Origin: an uncultured Candidatus Saccharibacteria bacterium
Lineage (GTDB): Bacteria > Patescibacteriota > Minisyncoccia > Phycocordibacterales > CAIZLB01
Assembly: GCA_964607805.1 (NCBI GenBank)
Contig: CAZSLF010000005.1
Coordinates: 1 to 49,271, forward strand
Length of the DNA: 49,271 nt
Direction: 5' to 3'
A program made the position numbers and the translations under genes. The notes beneath the pieces are model-generated. The model ran no database searches, was not told where the DNA came from, and was given only the letters and a program-made list of their open reading frames with translations. Positions 1-9,853 of this stretch are shown piece after piece (positions within the stretch are counted from its first letter, which is position 1; every line of letters starts with the position of its first letter).

Positions 1-830
1 ACAAACCAAAAACAGCCACAAGCATAGCGATCGTTTTGACCTTCATGCAGATCAGAATTTCTTTTGAGTGGACCTTCTGAATCCGTTTCAGGAATATATG
101 CATATTCTTTTAAAGTAAATTCATTTTTAGATAATGAATTTGCATCAGGATTGTTTGCATCACTCTTGTCGCTGTCACCAGAAACATAAGATACAAATTT
201 TTCAGGATTATAAATTCGATGAGCATTGAACTCGATCTTTTGTTTACCAACAGGGACTACAATAAGTAAATTACCACCGACTTTCACAACTCTTTTTAAT
301 TCAGAGATTGCCTTTAAGTCTCCTTGAGGGTCAAGAGGATCACCATATCTTCCGAGTCCGACATGTTCAATAGTATGTAAACAAGAAATACTTTCGATAC
401 TTTTATCAGCAAATGGTAATTTCATGAGATCACCTTCTTTTGTATTCAGTCCTGAAAGCTCAAGTTTAGCGGGGCGATAATCATAAAAATCTACAGGTGT
501 AAAAGCTGAGACGATACTACTAAAATAAAGACTTGATGAAATATCTGTATGCACAGCTGGTTTTATTTCTGAAACAACACGTGCTGCCCAAGCCGTATGA
601 TAGACATAGTGCCTATCAAAACTTGTATATTTTGTATCCTCTCCGGTGATAGGGAAGGAATCGAGTATATATGTAGTAAAACGATTATCCTTTAGATATT
701 GTTTCAGATGATTAAACTTCTGTAGTGATGCCAAAACTTGAGGCTTAGCAAATAGCTTTAAAAGGCGCTCGACTTTCAACAAGTTAGAAATATTTTCTTT
801 AGAAAGTTTATGTTTTAGAAATTGGCGCAT
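1..830 (-). CDS. DUF268-family methyltransferase-like protein (3' end runs off the window)
   Basis: Hand translation from ATG at 830: MRQFLKHKLSKENIS...FDRHYVYHTAWAAR...SISCLHTIEHVGLGRYGDPLDPQGD...YACGCFWF. No stop before base 1. Absent from the ORF track. Confidence 0.85.
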   Translation of the reverse strand, partial: MRQFLKHKLSKENISNLLKVERLLKLFAKPQVLASLQKFNHLKQYLKDNRFTTYILDSFPITGEDTKYTSFDRHYVYHTAWAARVVSEIKPAVHTDISSSLYFSSIVSAFTPVDFYDYRPAKLELSGLNTKEGDLMKLPFADKSIESISCLHTIEHVGLGRYGDPLDPQGDLKAISELKRVVKVGGNLLIVVPVGKQKIEFNAHRIYNPEKFVSYVSGDSDKSDANNPDANSLSKNEFTLKEYAYIPETDSEGPLKRNSDLHEGQNDRYACGCFWF

Positions 831-879
831 AGATTTAATATTGGTTATTGATTAATTACTAATTATGAATTATGAAATA

Positions 880-1935
880 TTAATTATGAAATTTCTTTCT
901 AAAATATTTTTGCTTTAAATTTTCTAAGAAATTAAACTTTTTAAAAGGGTAATAAAGCTTAGCTAATGATTTTCTAATGAATAATTTTCTTTTTAGATAT
1001 CTATCGACAGCTAATTCTGAGTTTTTTATTTCAGATTCTCTTACAGGATTAATTCTAATTCTTTTCGCACCGGAAATAGGCTGGTCAATAATATGTTTTA
1101 AGAAATTATCAAATTCTAGCATTGTCTTCTCAAAGTCATATTCTGATTTTACAGGTTCATTGATAATCTTTAGATATAGTTCATCGTTTTGATCAATTTC
1201 TTTCACTCTTTCAAAAACCTCATCTAGATTTTTGAAATTATGACAATTAACAAATCTGGCTTCATTGAATTCTTTACCAATAAGAGGATTACCCCAATAT
1301 ATTGGAATTGTTTTAGCAACAATTGCGTTCGGTAATTTTTCGGTCGTATATCCAAAGTTAGATGAATTTTCGAATGCAATTGAAAATTTGTGTTTCATTT
1401 CAAACTCTGGTTTGTTCGAAACTCTACCGCCAATATTATTTAAATATTTTCCGCCAGAATTAACTTTTTTGTACTGACTTAATTTGTGGAAAATTTCATC
1501 CCTTTCATTTCCACCTAAATAATTTGAATATACAAAACTACAAAAATCAGTTTTCTTCTTCAGGTCTTCAAGCGTAAAATTTAAATCTTTTGTAAAATCA
1601 GCGCTTCCAGCAGTTGAAAGTTCTTTATCACTATAAAATTGCGCTGCAAGATAAATTGGCAACCTAAAGTATCTATCACCAAAATTCAAATAGTCGCAGC
1701 CAATAGCATAATCTGCAATATTGAAATTAGGGTGAATATTTTCACCTGTGTAAAATATTTTTATACAATCATAATTTACCAAATCGTGAACTGATTCATT
1801 GAAGAATATGTATTCCGGATCAGATTCCACAACAGATACATCGTAGTGTTTTTTTAGGATTTTAAGCAAAAAGTTCCCATATGAAAATGGATCACTCTGA
1901 TCAAAATTACAAACTTTTATTTTGATTTTTCTCAT
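880..1935 (-). CDS. GT10 alpha-1,3/4-fucosyltransferase-like glycosyltransferase
   Basis: Motifs FYTGEN, YAIG, FCSFVYSN, KFSIAFENS..GYTTEK and PIYWG, typical of Helicobacter FucT-type GT10. Confidence 0.88.
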   Translation of the reverse strand: MRKIKIKVCNFDQSDPFSYGNFLLKILKKHYDVSVVESDPEYIFFNESVHDLVNYDCIKIFYTGENIHPNFNIADYAIGCDYLNFGDRYFRLPIYLAAQFYSDKELSTAGSADFTKDLNFTLEDLKKKTDFCSFVYSNYLGGNERDEIFHKLSQYKKVNSGGKYLNNIGGRVSNKPEFEMKHKFSIAFENSSNFGYTTEKLPNAIVAKTIPIYWGNPLIGKEFNEARFVNCHNFKNLDEVFERVKEIDQNDELYLKIINEPVKSEYDFEKTMLEFDNFLKHIIDQPISGAKRIRINPVRESEIKNSELAVDRYLKRKLFIRKSLAKLYYPFKKFNFLENLKQKYFRKKFHN

Positions 1936-1937
1936 AG

Positions 1938-2876
1938 TTATTTTATCTGGGCAATTATCTGACTTTGATATTTAGGATCATCGCATTCATCGGGATTTCG
2001 TTCATTTATCTCATTGAAATATTTGTACGACACCTTCTCAAGTTTAGAAGCTTTTCGTAGGAACATCTCATACTCCATATCAATATGCCCAATATCGATT
2101 ACTCTGTATCCTAACAGAAATAAGTCATAAGCCAATACCTTGGCAGTCGGGCCTAGAGATAAAAGAACAAGTTTATTTTTATCAATTTTAAGTGCCTCTT
2201 TTTTTATTTCATCATATCTGTCATATGCATTTTCAGCGGGACAGAGAATACGGCCGATAGATTGCACTTGATCAAACATATTGTTACCAACACCAAGACG
2301 ACTTTTATCGCCTTCAATTAATACCACTTCCTTGTCTTTCCAAATTGAAAATAATTTATCAAATATGATGCCACTTTTAGCTCTATATGCTTCTGAATAA
2401 GTTAAGTATGGACGAGTGATGAAAGCATCACCGTAAGTATATTCTTTTGAAAGCAATTTTTCCCATGTCTCTCCATGCTTGAAAAGGTGATGCAGACTAA
2501 ACCAATAACTATGTTTAGCAAAGTGATTTAATTTTCCGAATATTCCAGGGACACAGATAAGCAAACCTGAATGATTTGAGGTGATTATTTCCTTTAGTTT
2601 TGTAGCGAGCTCAGCGTTCTTTTTTTGAAATGCTAAATCTATATTTTCAATAAAAGATAATTCACCATCACCAAAACGGATAACTGATAGGGAATTGTCT
2701 TTAATTAGATCAATTGTTTTCTCTGAAGATAAAACTTTGAAATTAAGTGAGTTATTGCTGAAATAAACTCTATAAACATAGGTAATATATGCAAATAGTG
2801 GACCTATCTTTATTCTCAAATACAGTGGTGTGTGGGCTCGTATATGACTTATTGTTTTTCTAATTATCGAAGCCAT
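1938..2876 (-). CDS. GT-D fold (DUF1792) glycosyltransferase
   Basis: SVIRFGDGE, FITRPY, LGVGNNMF, LGPTAKVLAYDL and IDIGHIDMEYE are DUF1792 hallmark motifs. Confidence 0.88.
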   Translation of the reverse strand: MASIIRKTISHIRAHTPLYLRIKIGPLFAYITYVYRVYFSNNSLNFKVLSSEKTIDLIKDNSLSVIRFGDGELSFIENIDLAFQKKNAELATKLKEIITSNHSGLLICVPGIFGKLNHFAKHSYWFSLHHLFKHGETWEKLLSKEYTYGDAFITRPYLTYSEAYRAKSGIIFDKLFSIWKDKEVVLIEGDKSRLGVGNNMFDQVQSIGRILCPAENAYDRYDEIKKEALKIDKNKLVLLSLGPTAKVLAYDLFLLGYRVIDIGHIDMEYEMFLRKASKLEKVSYKYFNEINERNPDECDDPKYQSQIIAQIK

Positions 2877-2881
2877 ATTAA

Positions 2882-3718
2882 TTATCTAAACTTTGAGAGT
2901 ATCTCTTCTTTTTTCTTGCTGTAATTATCTTCTATAGAATCTAAAGTGATATTATTTTCGAACTCATAAAGTCTTGTGTATGTCATCACGCGATAGAACA
3001 TATAATTTAAAATAATAAGGATACCAAGTTTTCCATTTCTATAATTATACTTACCAAATATATATGCATATAGGAGCATAGCTGCAAATAGGCGAGTCAG
3101 ACTAAATTTCTTATTTTTTTCGAATTTTTCTTTTGCCTCAAGTTCGCTGTACTTAATATGACCACCAACAAATTTAGTTACGTTGTAGGTGCTAAAGTGT
3201 TTAAGGGCAAACTCTTCTTTGTTTGGTAATGTAATTCTCTCTTCATTTTTGCCCAAAAATTGTCCAATTCCATGGATATAGTTATTAGTAAAATCCATAT
3301 AGTCTTTATGAAAAACAAAAGGCGCATGAGATCTAAGTGCATAATTTTTAGTATTACCCCATAGATATGTATAGAGCGGGATCATGATACTTTTATATTT
3401 GTTCTCCTTTGTAATTTCAATAATTCTGTCCATGAGGGTTTGAGGAGCAATATTGTCTACGTATCCCCAATAAATCCAATCAGTATCTATGAGGCTCTTT
3501 ATAAACTCAAAATTAGTTTGAGTTTCAACGTTTATAACCTTACTCGGAGGTCGAGTATGAAAAGTAGCACCAAGAGATTCTGCAATTTTTTGTGTATTAT
3601 CTGTACTCCCACCATCTAATATATAGACTTTTCCATACCTAATAAAATTTTTGATAGCATATTCAATTCTTTTCTCTTCATTATAAGCAAACAGAATAAA
3701 TGATATATTATTATTCAT
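2882..3718 (-). CDS. GT2 family glycosyltransferase
   Basis: N-terminal AYNEE..I, LDGGSTDNT; (heptosyl)LPS beta-1,4-glucosyltransferase-like layout. Confidence 0.8.
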   Translation of the reverse strand: MNNNISFILFAYNEEKRIEYAIKNFIRYGKVYILDGGSTDNTQKIAESLGATFHTRPPSKVINVETQTNFEFIKSLIDTDWIYWGYVDNIAPQTLMDRIIEITKENKYKSIMIPLYTYLWGNTKNYALRSHAPFVFHKDYMDFTNNYIHGIGQFLGKNEERITLPNKEEFALKHFSTYNVTKFVGGHIKYSELEAKEKFEKNKKFSLTRLFAAMLLYAYIFGKYNYRNGKLGILIILNYMFYRVMTYTRLYEFENNITLDSIEDNYSKKKEEILSKFR

Positions 3719-3727
3719 TTTGATAGG

Positions 3728-4714
3728 TTAATTACTGAAAATTTTAATAGTATTCTTTTTTAAATTTTTGATCAATTTAATAAAAATATTTGGTATAAAA
3801 TATATTAGTGTAACTAACACTCTGTTAAGAGGGGACATTCTGCTTAAGTTTTTGTGAATATATTTTAGGTTTTTGATATTGCACTTTAGGTTATTGCTTT
3901 TAGCTCGCAATAGCATTATTAATATTTTTTTACTGTTTTTATTGAGTTCTGTCTCTACTCTTTTTTTGTCGAAGCCATATTTCATCATCTGCTCCAATAG
4001 TAGGTTTGAGTTAGTAAATGTAAATAGCTCAGTACCGTTTTCTGCCCAGCGACAGTCCTGACCTGTCAAAACGATTGCATCGCTAATAAAGGCCATGGGT
4101 TTTTTAGTGGCAACTAGGATTCTCAATACAGTTTCGTAATATAGCCAGTGCTGAAGAAAATCATCTTTGTTCACTTCCTTAAGCCACATAGATCTATTGA
4201 AAGCGAGAGCACTAACTCCACCTTGGCAATACCCTTTGAAATAAAAATCATTAAATTCTGAAATTTTTATTGTAGAATCGTCACTGAAATTCTTTTTTGT
4301 TTTATATGAATCACTTTCTTCGTCAAGCGGTTGAGCTTCTACACCGATAAAATCATATTTATCATCTTTAATAAGATCACACATGTGAGCGATACCTCCA
4401 TTTATAATAATATCGTCATCCCCAAGATACCAACAATACTTTCCTGATGCTTTGGTAACGATATTATAAATATTCATATCAAAACCAACATTTTTTTCAT
4501 TTCGAGCGTATGTTAGGTTTTTTATTTTTGGTACAAATGAAAGTGCAACCTCTTTAGTATTGTCTGTACTGCAATTGTCAGAGACTACAACTTCAACAAT
4601 ATTGGCCAAATTTGGATCAGCATTTAATTGAATCTCCAAGCTTTCTAAAGCTCTTTTCAGGTAGTGCGACCTATTATATGTAGGTATACAAACGCTAAGC
4701 AGGATGGGGTTCAT
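3728..4714 (-). CDS. GT2 family glycosyltransferase (RfbV/abequosyltransferase-like)
   Basis: LSVCIPTYNR, VVSDNCSTDNT, NVGFDMN, YCWYLGDDD. RfbV-like assignment is by recalled resemblance and CDP-dideoxysugar context. Confidence 0.8.
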   Translation of the reverse strand: MNPILLSVCIPTYNRSHYLKRALESLEIQLNADPNLANIVEVVVSDNCSTDNTKEVALSFVPKIKNLTYARNEKNVGFDMNIYNIVTKASGKYCWYLGDDDIIINGGIAHMCDLIKDDKYDFIGVEAQPLDEESDSYKTKKNFSDDSTIKISEFNDFYFKGYCQGGVSALAFNRSMWLKEVNKDDFLQHWLYYETVLRILVATKKPMAFISDAIVLTGQDCRWAENGTELFTFTNSNLLLEQMMKYGFDKKRVETELNKNSKKILIMLLRAKSNNLKCNIKNLKYIHKNLSRMSPLNRVLVTLIYFIPNIFIKLIKNLKKNTIKIFSN

Positions 4715-4771
4715 GTGATTTAAGGGTTGAAATTAGTGAATATGGCGATTATATCACAGGATTTACTCTTT

Positions 4772-5686
4772 TTAACCCTTAATTTTCAAGCGTTTCAAGG
4801 CATAACGACCAACAATTTTGCATAGGGGAATTAGGCCATTATATGTAAATACAATTATATACAAAGCATGAATTGCGTTTTTATAGTTTCCTTCAATAAG
4901 ATTTGCTTTAAATACCGGCCAATAGTTTGCGGGTCCTGCCTGGTGCATTCGATCAAGATAAGCTTTGCTTGATTCAGGAGTAGGGTAGCTTTCTGAAATT
5001 CTTTGATTTAGATTATCCCAATCAGCTTTAATTTGTTTAACACTTCTTTTAATTAGTGATTGAGGGCCAAGTGATGCCGCACTAATATGATAAATTACTG
5101 TTGGATGATTTATATAACCAACATCATACTTTCCAGCGATTCTAGCCCACATCTCAGCATCTGAAGAAAGTGACCAATTAATAAATCCACCTAATTTATC
5201 GTATGCACTTTTTTTGACCATCACAGCAGAGCAAACACCGTATGGACAACTAAGAGCGTCTAAGCCTGCTTTCCAAAGTTCTTTTTTATGAATTTGGTTC
5301 AAGTTTTTTGTAGACTCATCTCCATCAACAATAGAATAAGAATCAGCATGAATTAAGCCTAGATCAGGATACTTTTTTATATATTCTAAATATTTGGAAA
5401 TGGCCCCAGGCAAGAGCTCATCATCAGCATGCAAAATCATTAACCATTCTGTTTCGCAAAGTTCTATACATTTATTGAAATTTCCAGACATCCCTAGATT
5501 TGTCTCATTTACAATACATGTTATTTCAGGCTCAAATTTTCTGGCTATTTCAATAGTTTTATCGCTAGAGCAATTATCTACGACAATAATTTTATCTACT
5601 AAATTTTTTTCAATTAGGACACTCTTAATACATCTTTCAATATATTTTTCTTTATTATAAGAGGGAATTGCAATAGTTAATGACAT
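4772..5686 (-). CDS. GT2 family glycosyltransferase
   Basis: IAIPSYN, VDNCSSD, N.G...NFN.C, LHADD, SSDAEMW. Confidence 0.85.
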   Translation of the reverse strand: MSLTIAIPSYNKEKYIERCIKSVLIEKNLVDKIIVVDNCSSDKTIEIARKFEPEITCIVNETNLGMSGNFNKCIELCETEWLMILHADDELLPGAISKYLEYIKKYPDLGLIHADSYSIVDGDESTKNLNQIHKKELWKAGLDALSCPYGVCSAVMVKKSAYDKLGGFINWSLSSDAEMWARIAGKYDVGYINHPTVIYHISAASLGPQSLIKRSVKQIKADWDNLNQRISESYPTPESSKAYLDRMHQAGPANYWPVFKANLIEGNYKNAIHALYIIVFTYNGLIPLCKIVGRYALKRLKIKG

Positions 5687-5692
5687 GTTTTT

Positions 5693-7036
5693 TTATTTAT
5701 TTTTTATAAATAGGTCTTTCAACATATTTCTTGAAGATTTAAATAATAGAAGTGAAAATGTTGGTATGAAGTAAGATATTAGACTAGCGACCGCAGCGCC
5801 GGTCATGCCATATATGGGTATAAGTAGGAAATTTAATACGACATTGAATATCATACCTGAGAATATAGAAATCGTTACTATTTTTGTTAAATTCTCAACT
5901 ACAAGCAATTGATGCATCAATAAGTTAATTGCCGCACCAATATTACTCCAAACATATATTTTAAGGACTGTTACCGCACCAATAAATCCAGCACCGAATA
6001 TTATGAGTACAAAATATTTAGATAAAATCATAGTAGTTAAAGCAATCAATAAAGATACTCCAATTAGTAGAAGAAATAATTTTTTAGTACGATCTGAATA
6101 AACACTAGTTGAAATCTTTTTAGAATTAATTAAAGCAGGGAAAAGTGCTCCAACTATTATATTTGGCACAAAGTATCCTAACTCAGATATTCTTACGGCA
6201 GAATCATATAGACCAACCGATTCGGTATTTAGCATGTGTTTTATCATAACTTGATCAATACGTGCATAAAGTGCAAAAAAAGCAGAAGCGAAAATCAGTG
6301 GGAACGAATCTTTAAGCATGGATTTTGCAATTTTATAATCAAATCTCCAGTATTTAATTGTTCCATATTCTCTAATTCGTAAGTACAAAAGCCCAATACT
6401 ATAAAGTAAGGGTTCGGCAAGGATAACAAGCGCTAGATAGATAACTCCTTGACCAAACATGATGACAACAATTTTCAGAACATTTAGTATGAAAACAATT
6501 ATTAAAGATGAGATAGAAGGGAATTTGGCCTTTGCTTCAGCTTGAAATTCATAACTTAGCAATTGAAATGTTCCGAGCACATATGTCAGACTAACTATGA
6601 AAATAAGGAATAGTGATACGTCTTTTGATGACCAAATGTATGCTGATAAAACACAAATAACTATGGCCAAAATTGATGCAACAAAACGTATTGTAATAAC
6701 CGTTCCCATATAAACATCCCTTTTCTCTGGAAATTTAATTAAATCTCTATAAAGAATTTGCTCAACACCTAGTGATGCTACAAAAGCAAATAATCCTACA
6801 TAACTAATTGCATAACTTAACTGACCATAGTTAGCTGGTCCTAGATTTCTTGCCATGTAAGCTGTGGCAAGGAGAGTAATAATCATGCCTCCGATACGTC
6901 CAAAAAACATCCACCCCATATTTGCAGAATGTTTCTGTACGCTCGGATGAGTGGCTTTAAATTTAATATACGCCCAAAGCTTTTTGGGACTTGTAATTAT
7001 ATCTATAATTTGTGTATTTTGACTTTTATTGTCCAT
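5693..7036 (-). CDS. wzx: Wzx-type oligosaccharide flippase
   Basis: About 12 hydrophobic helices; ARNLGPANYG, YARIDQVMIKHML..ESVGLY.SAVRI. Confidence 0.85.
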   Translation of the reverse strand: MDNKSQNTQIIDIITSPKKLWAYIKFKATHPSVQKHSANMGWMFFGRIGGMIITLLATAYMARNLGPANYGQLSYAISYVGLFAFVASLGVEQILYRDLIKFPEKRDVYMGTVITIRFVASILAIVICVLSAYIWSSKDVSLFLIFIVSLTYVLGTFQLLSYEFQAEAKAKFPSISSLIIVFILNVLKIVVIMFGQGVIYLALVILAEPLLYSIGLLYLRIREYGTIKYWRFDYKIAKSMLKDSFPLIFASAFFALYARIDQVMIKHMLNTESVGLYDSAVRISELGYFVPNIIVGALFPALINSKKISTSVYSDRTKKLFLLLIGVSLLIALTTMILSKYFVLIIFGAGFIGAVTVLKIYVWSNIGAAINLLMHQLLVVENLTKIVTISIFSGMIFNVVLNFLLIPIYGMTGAAVASLISYFIPTFSLLLFKSSRNMLKDLFIKNK

Positions 7037-7038
7037 GC

Positions 7039-7923
7039 CTAATTTGAAAGAGTTTTCTTTATACCGTCTTCAAGTGATATTTTCTGTTTCCAGCCAGGAA
7101 CTTTTCTGCCTTTTGTCCATGGTAACATGACTTCACGAAATCTATATTCTCTTGCACCCCATTCTATATTTAGTTTTTGCCCTGATACTTTTTCAAATAA
7201 TAAGGCTAATTTCTTGAGACTAAGTCTTTTATTTGATTGCACTGCAAATGATTTGTTTGCGAACTTACGATTTTTATCTTTAGAAATTACAGATATAAGC
7301 TGTATATAGGCGTCAATTACATTTTCAATATAACTTATATCTATAATTTGCTCTCCTGGAGACATGCCTAATAATTCTTTTGATTTACTAATCTTTGACC
7401 ATAAAGCAAAGACCTTCGATCTAGTATCGTTTGGTCCGAAAGTGTCGTTTAACTTTATTGTTACAAAATTAATATTTGTCGTTTCTGTATAAAATTGTGC
7501 CAAAACCTCAAATGCCTGTTTACTTGCGGCATACAAATTTACAGGTGAATATTCCTTGTCCTTATAGTGTTGCCAAAAAGTTCCAGTATTAACAAACCAT
7601 TTAACATTTGCAGAAGATGCTGCTTCTAAAATCTCTGCACTGAATTGAATATTTGTTTGAATTAACTTTGAAATATCCTCTGGTTTATGTGCGGCAAGGA
7701 AAAGGGAAGCCAGGTGAACTACACCTTCTATTTTTTCTTTTAAGATGAAAGTCTTTAGGTTTTCGATATTTCCATCAAAAGTATAAATTGATACTTTTTT
7801 ATTGATCTTCGAAGTATCGGTGCTTGGCCGAACAACTGTATAAACCTTATGCTTATCTTTGAGAAGCTTATCAATTAGGTGAGAACCGATAAAACCAGTG
7901 GCTCCTGTTATGAGTATTTTCAT
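7039..7923 (-). CDS. NAD(P)-dependent 4-ketoreductase, CDP-abequose/CDP-paratose synthase-like (RfbJ/RfbS)
   Basis: TGATGFIG, FVNTGTFWQ, YAASK, TIKLNDTFGPND, GEQIIDISYI. Confidence 0.75.
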   Translation of the reverse strand: MKILITGATGFIGSHLIDKLLKDKHKVYTVVRPSTDTSKINKKVSIYTFDGNIENLKTFILKEKIEGVVHLASLFLAAHKPEDISKLIQTNIQFSAEILEAASSANVKWFVNTGTFWQHYKDKEYSPVNLYAASKQAFEVLAQFYTETTNINFVTIKLNDTFGPNDTRSKVFALWSKISKSKELLGMSPGEQIIDISYIENVIDAYIQLISVISKDKNRKFANKSFAVQSNKRLSLKKLALLFEKVSGQKLNIEWGAREYRFREVMLPWTKGRKVPGWKQKISLEDGIKKTLSN

Positions 7924-8468
7924 CCTCTAAATATAAATGGAGATTGGAAATTCTCCAAGGTCTCAAAATTTAGGTCACGTGTTGAGATAATTGGGTTTTC
8001 AATACTCCAATCCATACCAAATGAGTCGAATTTAATCCCTGTATCGCAAGTTTTATCATATGTAGCAGTCTGCAAATATACAGTACAAGTATTGTCTTCA
8101 AGCGAAACAAATCCGTGAACACATCCCGGTGGCATATAGATACTTCTTCTATTGTCGGCAGATAATTCTGTAGAAATAAACTGTCCGTAAGTGGGCGAGC
8201 CAACTCTAATATCAAGTACAACATCTATGACCTTACCGGAAGTTACATAGACTAGCTTAGAATGATCCTTTGGTGGCACCTGAATATGCATCCCTCTTAT
8301 TACATTTTTATTCGAGATTGAATAAAAACTCTCAGTGAAATCAACACTTAGATTGTGCTCAGCAAAAGCTTCTTTATTAAATGTCTTAACAAAAATACCT
8401 CTATCATCTTGAAAGACATTTGTTTCAAGAATAAAGACTCCTTCTATTTTTGTTGGAATAATGTTCAT
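7920..8468 (-). CDS. rfbC: RfbC/RmlC-family NDP-4-keto-sugar 3,5- (or 5-) epimerase
   Basis: FQDDRGIF, S.KNVIRGMH.Q, KLVYVTSG...DVVLDIR.GSPTYGQ, PPGCVHGF, IISTRD. Confidence 0.85.
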   Translation of the reverse strand: MNIIPTKIEGVFILETNVFQDDRGIFVKTFNKEAFAEHNLSVDFTESFYSISNKNVIRGMHIQVPPKDHSKLVYVTSGKVIDVVLDIRVGSPTYGQFISTELSADNRRSIYMPPGCVHGFVSLEDNTCTVYLQTATYDKTCDTGIKFDSFGMDWSIENPIISTRDLNFETLENFQSPFIFRG

Positions 8469-8520
8469 GTGAGATTTTACAGACTATTTTAGCTGTAATG
8501 AAGATTCTTACTCAGCTTAA

Positions 8521-9750
8521 TTATTTTACCTTAACTTTTGACAAAAATTCTACGAACTTGTTTTTAAGGTATTCAATTTGATCTTTGTTTAGACCGTGAT
8601 GGCAGGCAACAACAAAACCACCTTTCATAATCTGCTCAGTATTTTTATAATCTTGAATAATTTGTCTATTCTCAATTCCTTTGTAACCAGGTTGCTTTAA
8701 GATATTTCCAGTGAAGATTGGTCTAGTCTGAATATTATTGTTTTCTAGGAATTCGATAAGGTCCATTCGAGCGAAAGGAGCATCTGGTCTGATAATAAGA
8801 GGGAAGGCTAACCAGGCAGTAGTAGTCTTTGGTGTTTGATTAGGAAGAATGAAATATTTTTCGTATGGACCAAAGAATTTAAGTAGGTTAGCAAAATTCT
8901 TTTTTCTTTCACTTAAGAATTTTGGTAATTTTTTGCATTGAGCAAGAGCGAAAGCTGATGAAATCTCAAGTGGTAAGAAGTTATATCCAATTTCACTAAA
9001 GATAAATTTATTATCATATGGGATTCCAGCTAGTTTTGTACTGAATCGATTTTTCAAAAGTTCAGAATTTGCCTTTTCACCGAAAAGAGAAGAGCTTCGG
9101 CCCCAGCCTCTAAGAACTACTAGTTTATCAACCCATTTTGGATCGTTTACCATGATCATGCCTCCACCACCTGCACCGTTGATAATATGAGAACCATAGA
9201 AACTTGTTACTGAAATATCAGAATAAACACCAGTAGGTTTACCATCATATGTTCCACCAAGAGTGTCACATGAGTCTTCAATAAAATAAATCTTATGTTT
9301 TTTTGCTAGAGCGGATAGAGCCTTCATGTTTGGAATATTTCCCATTAGAGAAGGGATCATTAGAGCTTTTGTTTTTGGGGTAATAGCCTTTTCAACTTGT
9401 TCTAGATTTATAAGGTATGTATCTGGATCAACATCGACAAAAACTGGCACAAGACCTTTTTGAATAATTGGAGCAACTACAGTTGCAAAAGTTAGAATTG
9501 GTGTAATTACTTCAGATCCCTTAGGAAGATTTAATATTTCAAAAGCAAGTAGGTTTGCTGATGAGCCTGAATTAACCATAACTCCATATTTCTTTCCAAA
9601 CATCTTGGCAATTTTAGCTTCAAACTCTTTTGTTTTATCGCCAAGAGCTGTATTTCCTTTAAGAATTTTTACTACAGCATCGATTTCTTCTTGACCATGA
9701 ACTGAGAAACCATAGGGAACTCGCATCTTTGAACTAGTTGATTTAGACAT
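8521..9750 (-). CDS. PLP-dependent NDP-4-keto-6-deoxyhexose 3-dehydratase (RfbH/DdhC- and ColD-like)
   Basis: VNSGSSANL, IEDSCDTLG, SFYGSH (His at the aminotransferase Lys position), GYN..PLE. Start placed at 9750 (MSKSTSSKMRVPYG) because the longer ORF runs through the divergent promoter. Confidence 0.82.
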   Translation of the reverse strand: MSKSTSSKMRVPYGFSVHGQEEIDAVVKILKGNTALGDKTKEFEAKIAKMFGKKYGVMVNSGSSANLLAFEILNLPKGSEVITPILTFATVVAPIIQKGLVPVFVDVDPDTYLINLEQVEKAITPKTKALMIPSLMGNIPNMKALSALAKKHKIYFIEDSCDTLGGTYDGKPTGVYSDISVTSFYGSHIINGAGGGGMIMVNDPKWVDKLVVLRGWGRSSSLFGEKANSELLKNRFSTKLAGIPYDNKFIFSEIGYNFLPLEISSAFALAQCKKLPKFLSERKKNFANLLKFFGPYEKYFILPNQTPKTTTAWLAFPLIIRPDAPFARMDLIEFLENNNIQTRPIFTGNILKQPGYKGIENRQIIQDYKNTEQIMKGGFVVACHHGLNKDQIEYLKNKFVEFLSKVKVK

Positions 9751-9776
9751 AATATTTATATTGTTTTTATGGGGAG

Positions 9777-9785
9777 ATAGTAGCA
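9777..9785 (-). promoter_or_regulatory. Extended -10 promoter for the leftward glycan operon
   Basis: Minus strand TG-C-TACTAT, 26 nt upstream of the ATG at 9750. Confidence 0.5.
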
Positions 9786-9794
9786 CGATATTTG

Positions 9795-9823
9795 TTGACA
9801 TGGAAGCCCTAAAGCAGTAGTGT
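9795..9823 (+). promoter_or_regulatory. sigma70-type promoter for the rightward glycan operon
   Basis: TTGACA (9795-9800), 17 nt, TAGTGT (9818-9823). Confidence 0.6.
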
Positions 9824-9853
9824 ATTTGGTACATACACCCTGTGTATCTATCT

